Part shown: in pieces, positions 20,209 through 29,451 of the stretch
How positions within the stretch are numbered: the first letter of the stretch is position 1
Layout: each line of letters starts with the position of its first letter
Assembly: GCA_027858735.1 (NCBI GenBank)
Contig: JAQICC010000262.1
Location: 1,879-65,878 of the forward strand
DNA length: 64,000 nucleotides
DNA from: Salinivirgaceae bacterium
Lineage (GTDB): Bacteria; Bacteroidota; Bacteroidia; Bacteroidales; SZUA-534
Reading direction: 5' to 3'
Notes under the pieces: model-generated
Databases searched by the model: none
Seen by the model: the letters and a program-made list of their open reading frames with translations, nothing else
Told to the model about the DNA's origin: nothing
Translations under genes and position numbers: made by a program

Positions 20209-21453
20209 TTAAGTATCTTCCAATAAAACTTGTCTTAGCATATTTAAGGCTGCTATTGCCGATCGTTTAATGTTAATTTCTCGTTCCTTTCCAAATAAAA
20301 ATTTTTCTGATACCGTTCCATTTGGCCCTGATACAGAAATCCAAACCAATCCTACCGGTTTTTCATCTGTTCCCCCATCTGGACCTGCAATACCTGATGT
20401 TGCAACGGAATAGTCCGTATTTAATGCTTTTTTTGCCCCTTCAGCCATTTGCTCAACAACAAGCTGGCTAACTGCTCCAAATTGTTCTATTAAACTTGGA
20501 TTAACACCAAGTAAATTGGTTTTGGTTTCGTTAGCATAGGCAACGATACTACCTTTAAATATTTTTGAACTTCCAGGAATTTCAGTAATCATTTGTGCAA
20601 TAGATCCACCTGTGCAACTTTCGGCAGTTGAAAGTGTTTTGTTGCTGTTATGTAGCGCTTTAAATACGATTTCTTGAAGTGAAGCTTCAGTATCAGAAAT
20701 TATATATTTTGAAATTATTATATGCAGCTTTTCTACCTCTTTTTCAACTATTTCTTTCGAGATTTTAGCAGTTTTTTCTAATATTCCTAAGCGCAAACGC
20801 ATTAATCCGAGTGATGGTAAATACGCAACTTTAATACAATCGGGCAAATTATTCTCCCAATTTTCAAGTTTTAATGCCAGTGGCGATTCACCAATTCCAC
20901 TTATCATTATGGTTTGGTAATAATTTTCAGGCAAATTAAATTGCTTTTTAAGTCTGAATTCAATCTCATCTTTATAGATACCTCTCATTTCCCAAGGAAC
21001 TCCAGGTAGGCTAATTACTACTTTATTGTCTTTTTCGAACCAAATGCCTGGAGCTGTTCCTTGTCTGTTTCGCAATAAAGTGGCATCCTTAGGGAATAAA
21101 GCCTGGTCTTTGTTTAGTCGGTTCATGTTAGCTCCTCTTTGTATCAAAAAAGCTTCAACATCGGCGTAAACATCATTATTAAATACTAAAGTGGAATTGA
21201 AAAGCTCGCAGAGGGTGTTTTTTGTAATATCATCCTTCGTTGGTCCTAAACCTCCTGTTAATATAATTAGTTCGTTATCAAGTAGACTGCTTTTAATGGT
21301 ATCCTTTATCTGTATGCTATTATCTGAGATTGATAGAATTGAAGTAACAAAAAATCCAAGCTTAGTAAGTTCAGATGCTATCCAAGCTGAATTTGAATCA
21401 ACTATTTGACCAATTAATATCTCGTCGCCTATGGTTATTATTTTTGCCTTCAT
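20209..21453 (-). CDS. cinA: CinA-family competence/damage-inducible protein (MoCF domain plus NMN deamidase domain)
   Basis: 414 aa. IITIGDEILIGQIVDSNSAWI, LTGGLGPTKDDITK, and C-terminal AESCTGG...ATSGIAGPDGG. Confidence 0.9.
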   Translation of the reverse strand: MKAKIITIGDEILIGQIVDSNSAWIASELTKLGFFVTSILSISDNSIQIKDTIKSSLLDNELIILTGGLGPTKDDITKNTLCELFNSTLVFNNDVYADVEAFLIQRGANMNRLNKDQALFPKDATLLRNRQGTAPGIWFEKDNKVVISLPGVPWEMRGIYKDEIEFRLKKQFNLPENYYQTIMISGIGESPLALKLENWENNLPDCIKVAYLPSLGLMRLRLGILEKTAKISKEIVEKEVEKLHIIISKYIISDTEASLQEIVFKALHNSNKTLSTAESCTGGSIAQMITEIPGSSKIFKGSIVAYANETKTNLLGVNPSLIEQFGAVSQLVVEQMAEGAKKALNTDYSVATSGIAGPDGGTDEKPVGLVWISVSGPNGTVSEKFLFGKEREINIKRSAIAALNMLRQVLLEDT

Positions 21454-21679
21454 ATATTTACATTATTAAACGGCTAAAAATGGTACACTGATTAAACTTA
21501 TTAGTATGATTAATTTATGATATTGATAATCAGTTTAAATCACAATAAATTTATGTAAAATCAGTGTCCTATATGATTATTTTAATATTGACCCCACCAA
21601 TTAGGAGTTTATGTAAAAATGTTTCAAATACTTATTCTATGGACTGTTAGTATTTATTTACTCGAACAGTAATGATATA

Positions 21680-22289
21680 CTATAATAAAAGGTCACAGTT
21701 TTGTTCAATTGTATTTATTTCGGCTCCCAAACTTTTGTAAAAACCAATTGCAGATGCATTCCAATTCGATACTTGCCAACGCATTTTTTTGCATTTTGAT
21801 TGTTTTGCTACTTCTATAACCGTATTACCTAAGTTGAGCGATTCGAACAAAGTGAAGAGGCGCTTTACTTAGGTATAACCCCGACCTAGGAATTGTTGGT
21901 TTTCGCATTTTGAGTGAAACGAAAAGTATGAAAACCTTACAAGACCTCAGTCGATTGAGCAGATTTGCGATAGCGAATCGCTCAATTTGGGTATTGATTA
22001 GCTTGGTACCCAACCCTTCTCCCCTATACTTTTCCTTTATATATAAATCCTCCATGTAAATGGATTTTCCACTCCATGTAAAATAAGTATAAAAGTATGT
22101 AGCATAACCTATAATGGTATTATTATTGGTTTTTACCACATACCAATTAAAGAATTCCTTTTCTTCTAACATTTGCTCAAGATTATTGGTCATTTGACTT
22201 TCAAGATTTTCAAATGCAGCAAATTCTCTAAATAGCTCTAATATTTGTGGATAATCGCTTTCAGTTGCTTTAAAAATGGAATAAATCAT
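21680..22289 (-). pseudogene. GNAT-family N-acetyltransferase interrupted by a 164-bp insertion
   Basis: The N-terminal part reads ...KYRGEGLGTKLINT and then runs into unrelated sequence and a stop at 21825. The C-terminal GNAT part (NTVIEVAKQSKCKKMRWQVSNWNASAIGFYKSLGAE...) is in another frame at 21680-21826. Removing 21827-21995 restores one 441-nt, 146-aa ORF. Confidence 0.88.
21827..21990. mobile_element. MITE-like non-autonomous insertion (164 bp) with terminal inverted repeats and a 5-bp target-site duplication
   Basis: The perfect 12-bp inverted-repeat core is TTGAGCGATTCG (21834-21845) / CGAATCGCTCAA (21974-21985), and imperfect pairing extends to the ends. GTATT is duplicated at 21822-21826 and 21991-21995. 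There is no ORF inside. Confidence 0.8.
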
Positions 22290-22357
22290 AAATGAATGGG
22301 CTCAGCATCTATATGTTATATTATTGGGTTTTGGTGTTGGCAAATATGTTAACTAAA

Positions 22358-25030
22358 CTAATAAGCATTATCTATCCAACTTTTGTTCTTATTGTATTTT
22401 AAATCAGCTAGTACCGATGATTTAGCACCAATAGCAAAATTGTAGCTTTGACGCGGACCAAAAGGAATTAGTGATAGTGTTGCCACCCAACAATGTAAAT
22501 CGCGCGATAAGTTAAAGCTGGTATATGAAAAATCACTGGCTTCAAAATCGTAGCCAGATCGGAATCCTATTTTCCATTTTGGAGTAAGGCTTAAATCACC
22601 TGTAAAACTAAGCGATTGGGTTACATCTGTTTTCAGTCCTGTATTTGTGTAAGTTAAGGCATATTGAATGTTTACATTCCATGGAATGTCAAAGTAGTCG
22701 TAGGCATATTGATCGTAAACGCCGGGAATATCAGCACTACCCAAATCTACACCTCCTTCTCTTTCTTCTTCATCTTTTTCTTTGCCTCCACCAAATAAGG
22801 TTTTTGAATTTAAAGAGAACCCGGTACTTGCTCTGGCACTGGTAATTCGAAAGGGTTTGCCAGGGTTTGTTTTATAGTGAAATTCATTTACTCTCTGCTT
22901 TAATGAATCATCGAATGCATAAAGATCACCAGTCGCACTCATCGTTATGGATAATACTTTAAATAAGGTAGTTCTGGCCGACATACTAATATTTGACCAA
23001 TTCATTGAATCTGCCATCATGTTATATGAAGATGAAAAGTTTAAGGATTCGAGCAGTTTAATTTTTGTTTCTTCATTTACTGTATCCTTTTTGTTGGCTA
23101 CTTTCATTTCCACATTATTATTTAGGGCAAAACCAATATTTCCTCCTTTACTAGTGTTTGTTGGAACCCCATATATTCCATACCTGTAGGGTGAATAGGT
23201 CTTTGTTGAATCTCCAGGATTTATCAAGTAGTAGCCCCTTTCTTCATATTTTGATTCAGGGGTATATGAAAATGAGATTCTAGGTTTTGCTACATGACGA
23301 ATAGCTTTCAACCAATTATTTCGAAAGGTGTACATACCATAAACAGTAGTTTCTAGGTTAATCCCTGAACCACTATTTAAATCGTAAACATTATAAAAAC
23401 CATTTTCAATTTTTTCAACAACAGTATCGTTACCTTGCTCTGTAGTTTTGAGCTCTAACATGGATCGTTCAAAATACATACGGTCTGTTAGGGTAATTTT
23501 TGGTGATAAACTAAAATATTTAAATAGTTTAAAAGATGTACCAATAGGAATACTATGCTTGATACCATTATTAAAGTAATCGCCTAAATTCCCCTCTTTA
23601 AATGCTTGTTGCATCAAAGTATCGTTTAGTCCGTCCGATTTATTTTCGAAATTACCAGCATAGGTTAAGCCAATATTTTCGTACCATTTTGCCTTACCCA
23701 TAGACACTTTCTTGCGGAATGGAAAAATTCGGCTCATATTCATAGTCATTTGCGGTAAGGTAAAATTAACATCTCCTTTTTTATTGTTTTGGCTGTGTCT
23801 TAAGTTCATTGAAGTACTAAAAGGGGTATTGGCAAAATTTTTCCGGTATGATATGCTTGAACTGGTAGTATTCGATAAATAATCTTCAGATGTAGTCGAA
23901 TTGTATCTATTCTCGTTTTGAGATGTGAAATTTACGTTGGCACTAAAATTACTGTTTGGCCGGGCTTTAGCATCCTGCGTATGTGTCCATCGAATTCTAT
24001 ATTGATTAGAATTACCATAATTTACATCACCTTCTTCACCATATTGTATTTTAGAATAGGCCAGGTTAACATTTCCACTAAATTTATATCTTAATTTATA
24101 TTTTGACTGGGCATTTACTAACCATGAACCCTTGGAGTATACATCCCCCTTTATACCTAAATCGACATAATCATTTATGGCAAAGTAATAGCCGCCTTGC
24201 CTTAAATAAAGGCCTCTCTGGTTTTCTTCACCAAACTTAGGTATTATAAAACCCGAAGCTCTGGTTTTTGAGGTGGGAAAAAATCCAAAAGGAACCATTA
24301 TTGGAAAAAGCGGTACATCTTCAACCACCATATACGAATATCCGGCTACTATTGCTTTATTAGGAATAACCTTTCCCCGCGAAATTGCCATATAAAAGTG
24401 TGGGTGTTCAAGTTCACAGGTAGTATATTTTCCTTTGTTTAAATTTATATAATTGTTCGGATCTTTCTTAGTGCTTTCACTGTGCAAATACCCTTCTTCT
24501 TGTTCGGTATATAAGCCTCTAATAAAGCCCTTTTCGGTTTTTACATTGTATGTAAGTGAAGTAGCTTGCATGGTTTCGCCATCTTGAGTAAAAACCGGCT
24601 GACCGCTTAAATTTCCTAAACTATCTTTAACTCCTTCAGCATACAAAATATTTTCCTCCATATCAACCTCAATATAGGCTGCCGATAATTCAATATCTTC
24701 GTAGGTAATGGTGGCATCACCAAATAAATATACTTTTTTACCATCAATGGAGTAAATGGTTGAATCGCTCGCCGTATACTCTACTTTGTCCTTTAAAATA
24801 CTGCTGCCTTCCGGTCTTTTCTTTGGCAAGGAGTCGTTTTGGTATTTTAAAGTCTTAAAGGCCAATGTATCCCTTTTTAATGTGTCATTAGCAATACTTA
24901 CTGTATCGAGTATGAATGAGGCATCTCTAATAGGCAGTTTAGTAGGCTCATTTTCTGCACCTTGCAAAAAAGCTATTAAACCACTTATTAAATATATAAT
25001 GAATCCTGTTGTTAGGCTTTTAGTTTTCAA
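22358..25030 (-). CDS. LptD-like outer-membrane LPS-assembly protein (OstA family)
   Basis: 890 aa with a signal peptide. It has an OstA-like N-terminal region (GDATITYEDIELSAAYIEVDMEENILYAEG) and a long beta-barrel-like C-terminus ending in an aromatic residue. It is divergent from an amidase gene, as is common in Bacteroidota. Confidence 0.75.
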   Translation of the reverse strand: MKTKSLTTGFIIYLISGLIAFLQGAENEPTKLPIRDASFILDTVSIANDTLKRDTLAFKTLKYQNDSLPKKRPEGSSILKDKVEYTASDSTIYSIDGKKVYLFGDATITYEDIELSAAYIEVDMEENILYAEGVKDSLGNLSGQPVFTQDGETMQATSLTYNVKTEKGFIRGLYTEQEEGYLHSESTKKDPNNYINLNKGKYTTCELEHPHFYMAISRGKVIPNKAIVAGYSYMVVEDVPLFPIMVPFGFFPTSKTRASGFIIPKFGEENQRGLYLRQGGYYFAINDYVDLGIKGDVYSKGSWLVNAQSKYKLRYKFSGNVNLAYSKIQYGEEGDVNYGNSNQYRIRWTHTQDAKARPNSNFSANVNFTSQNENRYNSTTSEDYLSNTTSSSISYRKNFANTPFSTSMNLRHSQNNKKGDVNFTLPQMTMNMSRIFPFRKKVSMGKAKWYENIGLTYAGNFENKSDGLNDTLMQQAFKEGNLGDYFNNGIKHSIPIGTSFKLFKYFSLSPKITLTDRMYFERSMLELKTTEQGNDTVVEKIENGFYNVYDLNSGSGINLETTVYGMYTFRNNWLKAIRHVAKPRISFSYTPESKYEERGYYLINPGDSTKTYSPYRYGIYGVPTNTSKGGNIGFALNNNVEMKVANKKDTVNEETKIKLLESLNFSSSYNMMADSMNWSNISMSARTTLFKVLSITMSATGDLYAFDDSLKQRVNEFHYKTNPGKPFRITSARASTGFSLNSKTLFGGGKEKDEEEREGGVDLGSADIPGVYDQYAYDYFDIPWNVNIQYALTYTNTGLKTDVTQSLSFTGDLSLTPKWKIGFRSGYDFEASDFSYTSFNLSRDLHCWVATLSLIPFGPRQSYNFAIGAKSSVLADLKYNKNKSWIDNAY

Positions 25031-25120
25031 ATCAGATATAATATGCTATTTTTGTAATTGTCAGTTTGGTGACAAATTTCGAGCACCAAAACTAATGAAT
25101 TTTTAAAGTTTTTGAGGTAT

Positions 25121-26239
25121 ATGAAAGAAAAAATTCTTTTAGTCATATTTATTGTATTAAGCTCTGCTATTCTTCAGGGAAACGATTCTAAAAAACCCAA
25201 ACAGAAAAAAGTTATTGTAATAGATGCAGGACATGGAGGACAAGATACGGGTGCAGTCGGAAAAAACTCTAAAGAGAAAGATATTGTTCTAGCCATAGCG
25301 CTTAAAGTTGGTAAATATTTAGAGCAAAATATGCCCAATGTTAAAGTTATATATACTCGCAAAACCGATGTTTTTATTCCATTAAGAGAGCGTGCTATCA
25401 TTGCAAACAATAATAATGCCGATTTATTTGTATCGATACATGCAAATTCGAATCCTAACCCTAGACCATATGGTACAGAGACCTTTGCCATGGGATTACA
25501 TAAAACAAAAGGCAATTTAGAAGTAGCCCAAAAGGAAAACTCTGTAATTGTATTTGAGGAGGATTATAGCGTAAAATATGAAGGTTTTGATCCAAATTCA
25601 GCAGAATCATATATTATATTTTCTCTTATGCAAAGTACTTATTTGAATGAGAGTCTTGAAGTTGCCTCTTTTGTACAAGAAGAGTTTCACGATAGAGCCA
25701 AGAGAAAAGATAGGGGTGTAAAACAGGCCGGATTTTTAGTTCTTTGGCAAGCATCAATGCCTAGTATTTTAATTGAAACAGGATTTATTTCAAATGCCGA
25801 GGAGGAAAAATTTCTAATTTCAAAAGATGGTCAAGAATATTTATCGTCGGCCATTTACAGAGCTGTAAAATCATACGTTACAAATCTTGAAAATGATGAT
25901 TTGATTGACTCCCCTATATCTAAGGAAGTTATAAAAGATTTAACGGCTTCAAAGACTACTGAGCTTGTTGAAAAGAAAACTGAATTATGCTTTAGAGTTC
26001 AGGTTACTTCGTCTTCGAAACCTTTAAAAATGGACCATCCAGTATTTAAAGAGTATACTGATGTTTTTGAATATTATGAAAAGGATATGTATAAATATAC
26101 TATTGGAAAGTATAAAAAATATAATGAGGTAAAAGATTTTCAACAAAAAGTTAAGAAAGATTTTCCGGGAGCTTTTATAGTTGCATTTGGAAATAATGAA
26201 CGAATAGACTTGAAAACTGCTATTAAACTTATAAATTAG
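25121..26239 (+). CDS. N-acetylmuramoyl-L-alanine amidase (Amidase_3) with a C-terminal SPOR-like domain
   Basis: VIVIDAGHGGQDTGAVG, LFVSIHANS and GFISN motifs. The C-terminal FRVQV...YKYTIGKY...AFIVAF looks SPOR-like. I prefer the ATG at 25121 over the TTG at 25112 used by the track. Confidence 0.88.
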   Translation: MKEKILLVIFIVLSSAILQGNDSKKPKQKKVIVIDAGHGGQDTGAVGKNSKEKDIVLAIALKVGKYLEQNMPNVKVIYTRKTDVFIPLRERAIIANNNNADLFVSIHANSNPNPRPYGTETFAMGLHKTKGNLEVAQKENSVIVFEEDYSVKYEGFDPNSAESYIIFSLMQSTYLNESLEVASFVQEEFHDRAKRKDRGVKQAGFLVLWQASMPSILIETGFISNAEEEKFLISKDGQEYLSSAIYRAVKSYVTNLENDDLIDSPISKEVIKDLTASKTTELVEKKTELCFRVQVTSSSKPLKMDHPVFKEYTDVFEYYEKDMYKYTIGKYKKYNEVKDFQQKVKKDFPGAFIVAFGNNERIDLKTAIKLIN

Positions 26240-26309
26240 CTACCAATATTTTTTTAATTACCCAGCTAAATAGTTTGTCATACATATATATTATATAGAA
26301 TAATTTTAA

Positions 26310-27557
26310 ATGAAGAAATCAGCATTTATAAAAATAGGTTTGATAATGAGTATTACCCTTTTTGCCCTTTTTTGGGGGGTTAATTTCTTGAAAGGGAAAG
26401 GCACTTTTAATACCGATAATACTTTTTATGTAGTTTACGATAGAATTGATGGTTTAAATGTATCAAACCCGGTATTAATCAACGGATTTGCTGTAGGAAA
26501 AGTTACCGATATTGGGGTTTTACCCGATACATCGGGAAGACTGGTTGTGGAACTTTCGATTAAAAATGAATTTAATATTCCTGGCGGTTCGGTAGCTCTT
26601 ATTTTTAGCAGCGATTTGATGGGAACAAAAGCAATAGGCTTATTGTATGGAAAAGAAAAATACATGCACAAGCCGGGTGATACTTTAATTGCTGATTTTG
26701 AGGGCAGTCTGCAAGAAATGGTTAGTATACAAATGCTGCCTTTAAAAACCAAGGCCGAAGATTTAATGAAGCAGATGGAACAAGCTATTGAGATTGTTAA
26801 TTATGTTTTTAATGAAGAAACCCGCGATGATATAATGGCGAGTTTTAAAAACATCAAAGCCACCTTTGTAAATCTTGAAAGTTCTTCATCAAATCTCGAT
26901 TCAATAGTAAGTCAGAGTAAAAACAAATTGGAAAATATCCTATCTAATGTTGAATCGATTACTAAAAATTTAGAAAGTAATAACAAAGTAATTACTCATG
27001 CTTTAAATAATATTTCAAATATTAGCGATTCCTTGGCACATGCGAATTTAAAGCAGACTATGATTGAGACCTATCAGGTAATGAGTCAATTAAATGAAAT
27101 AACTGAAAAAATTAATAACTCAGAGGGAACACTTGGAATGCTGCTTAATAATGAGACCCTATATTACAACCTTGAGGATGTAACCTATAGCTTAAATAGG
27201 TTACTTGAAGATATGCGTTTAAATCCGAAAAGGTATGTGCAATTTTCAGCTTTTAATTTAGGAAAAACAGTTTATGTAGATCGAGATGAATCAAGATCAA
27301 AAAAAAAGAGAGAAAACATAATTTATAAAATAATGATTCTTCAATCAAATAAATCGGTTCCGCTCAAACCTGAAAGTTTTAAAGGGTATAAAAATGTTGA
27401 AGAAGCCATGTTAGGAGGTTCATATATTTATTTAATTGGTAAAGAAAAAAATATTGAAAACGCTAAGTTATACCTTAAAAAGGTTAGTGTTGATTTCTCC
27501 GAAGCCCAGATGGTGGAAATAAGAGAGGGCAAATACACTATTTTAATTAACAATTAA
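26310..27557 (+). CDS. MlaD/MCE-family protein
   Basis: N-terminal TM helix, then an MCE domain (VVYDRIDGLNVSNPVLINGFAVGKVTDI) and a long coiled-coil-like region. Confidence 0.8.
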   Translation: MKKSAFIKIGLIMSITLFALFWGVNFLKGKGTFNTDNTFYVVYDRIDGLNVSNPVLINGFAVGKVTDIGVLPDTSGRLVVELSIKNEFNIPGGSVALIFSSDLMGTKAIGLLYGKEKYMHKPGDTLIADFEGSLQEMVSIQMLPLKTKAEDLMKQMEQAIEIVNYVFNEETRDDIMASFKNIKATFVNLESSSSNLDSIVSQSKNKLENILSNVESITKNLESNNKVITHALNNISNISDSLAHANLKQTMIETYQVMSQLNEITEKINNSEGTLGMLLNNETLYYNLEDVTYSLNRLLEDMRLNPKRYVQFSAFNLGKTVYVDRDESRSKKKRENIIYKIMILQSNKSVPLKPESFKGYKNVEEAMLGGSYIYLIGKEKNIENAKLYLKKVSVDFSEAQMVEIREGKYTILINN

Positions 27558-27819
27558 CTTAACATAATGACGAATCATTTTTTGGTAATAATAAAATCCA
27601 TATAGGTTTTAAAATCAACTGCTTAAGAATTTTTAATTTATATGTATCTGATTTAGTGAGGGTTGAAAAATGTAAAAAAAATATTTTTCCTAATAAATTG
27701 ATTAGTAACCCCATACTAAATATATCAAAAAGTCAATAGAAAATTAATTTTTTTTTTAGCTTTTTTTTCACAAAATTGCCGTTCGTTTAAGGGGATCAAC
27801 ATAAATATTATTAACCAAA

Positions 27820-29247
27820 ATGATAAAAGACTACCAACAAGTGTGGAATAACTGTTTACGAGTTATCAAAGACAATGTGCCTGCAATAAGTTTCAGAACC
27901 TGGTTTGAACCAATTGTGCCGTTAAAAATTGATAAAAATATTTTAACGATTCAAGTTCCAAGCCCGTTTTTTTATGAATACTTAGAAGAACAGTACATTG
28001 ATATTCTTAGGAAAACCTTGAGAACAGAAATGGGCATTGATGCCAAGCTTGAATACAGTGTTATTATGGAAAATAATGTGTATTCAAACTCAAATCCATA
28101 CACGGTTAAATTACCAACAAATGATAGAAGAGATATAAGTAATAAGCCATTGTCTTTACCCCTTGACGAACAAAAGACGATCAAAAATCCTTTTATTATT
28201 CCAGGTATACAAAAACTACATGTTGATCCACAATTAAATCCGATTAATAATTTCAATAATTTTGTTGAAGGAGAATGTAACAGACTGGCAAGATCTGCGG
28301 GTTTTGCAGTTGCAAATAATCCTGGCAAAACAGCTTTCAATCCCCTATTTTTATATGGTGCTTCTGGTTTAGGCAAATCACATCTGGCACAAGCTATTGG
28401 TATTCAGGTTAAAGAAAAATTTTCTGAGAAGGTTGTATTGTATGTAAACGGAAATAAATTCCATACACAATTTGTAGAAGCAATTTTAAATAATAACAGA
28501 AACGATTTTGTGCACTTTTACCAAATGATTGATGTTTTAATTATTGATGACGTACATGAATTTGCAGGTAAAGAAAAAACTCAAGATATATTCTTCCACA
28601 TATTCAATCATTTACACCAAAATAGCAAACAGCTCATACTAACTTCAGACAAATCACCTGTTGATTTGAAAGGAATGGAGCAAAGACTTCTTTCAAGGTT
28701 TAAATGGGGACTGTCAGCCGATTTGCAAGCTCCTGATTATGAGACGCGTATTGCCATACTTAAACAAAAAGTATATAATGATGGCTTGAATTTATCTGAT
28801 GAAGTTATAGAATATATTGCATCACATATAACTGCTAATATTCGCGAATTAGAGGGAGCCCTTATTTCGTTGTTGGCACAATCAACTCTTAACAAAAAAG
28901 AGCTGACGCTTGATTTAGCCCGACGAATGATCGATCGTTTGGTAAAAAATACAAAGCGTGAAATTTCTATTGATTATATTCAGAAGGTAGTATGCGATTA
29001 TTTCAATATGCCTCATGAGATAATTAATTCAAAAACAAGAAAAAGAGAGATTGTTCAGGCTCGTCAAATAGCTATGTTCTTTGCAAAAAGCCTTACCAAG
29101 TCGTCGTTAGCAACTATTGGTTCTCAAATTGGTGGAAAAGATCATGCTACAGTATTGCATGCTTGCAAAACTGTAAATAACCTAATTGATACCGACAAGC
29201 GGTTTAGAGGATATATTGATGAAATTGAAAAGAAATTTAAAGTTTAA
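27820..29247 (+). CDS. dnaA: Chromosomal replication initiator protein DnaA
   Basis: 475 aa. Walker A GASGLGKSHL, Walker B LIIDDVH, NIRELEGAL, and C-terminal DNA-binding KTRKREIVQARQIAMFF...IGGKDHATVLHA. Confidence 0.97.
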   Translation: MIKDYQQVWNNCLRVIKDNVPAISFRTWFEPIVPLKIDKNILTIQVPSPFFYEYLEEQYIDILRKTLRTEMGIDAKLEYSVIMENNVYSNSNPYTVKLPTNDRRDISNKPLSLPLDEQKTIKNPFIIPGIQKLHVDPQLNPINNFNNFVEGECNRLARSAGFAVANNPGKTAFNPLFLYGASGLGKSHLAQAIGIQVKEKFSEKVVLYVNGNKFHTQFVEAILNNNRNDFVHFYQMIDVLIIDDVHEFAGKEKTQDIFFHIFNHLHQNSKQLILTSDKSPVDLKGMEQRLLSRFKWGLSADLQAPDYETRIAILKQKVYNDGLNLSDEVIEYIASHITANIRELEGALISLLAQSTLNKKELTLDLARRMIDRLVKNTKREISIDYIQKVVCDYFNMPHEIINSKTRKREIVQARQIAMFFAKSLTKSSLATIGSQIGGKDHATVLHACKTVNNLIDTDKRFRGYIDEIEKKFKV

Positions 29248-29261
29248 TATATTGTATTTCA

Positions 29262-29290
29262 AAGCCGCTTTTCAAGAGCGGCTTTTTTAT
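29262..29290 (+). terminator. Rho-independent terminator of dnaA
   Basis: Stem AAGCCGCT (29262-29269) / AGCGGCTT (29277-29284) with a 7-nt loop, followed by a T-run to 29288. Confidence 0.85.
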
Positions 29291-29451
29291 TGCCTCGCAC
29301 ATAATTCTGTAATTTAGAATAATAGTATAAAAATCAATTTGTTAATTAACAATAGGTAGGATTGAAAATATTGTTACTCCTATCCTATTAAAAAAATCGT
29401 GCAAAATTGAGTTAAATTGCTATTTTTGTGTTGTAAAACCAAAATGTAAGA

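Noticed and set aside
27825-27845. TGTGGAATAA near the dnaA start as a DnaA box.
   Set aside because: It has two mismatches to the 9-mer consensus, is a single copy, and lies inside the dnaA coding sequence.
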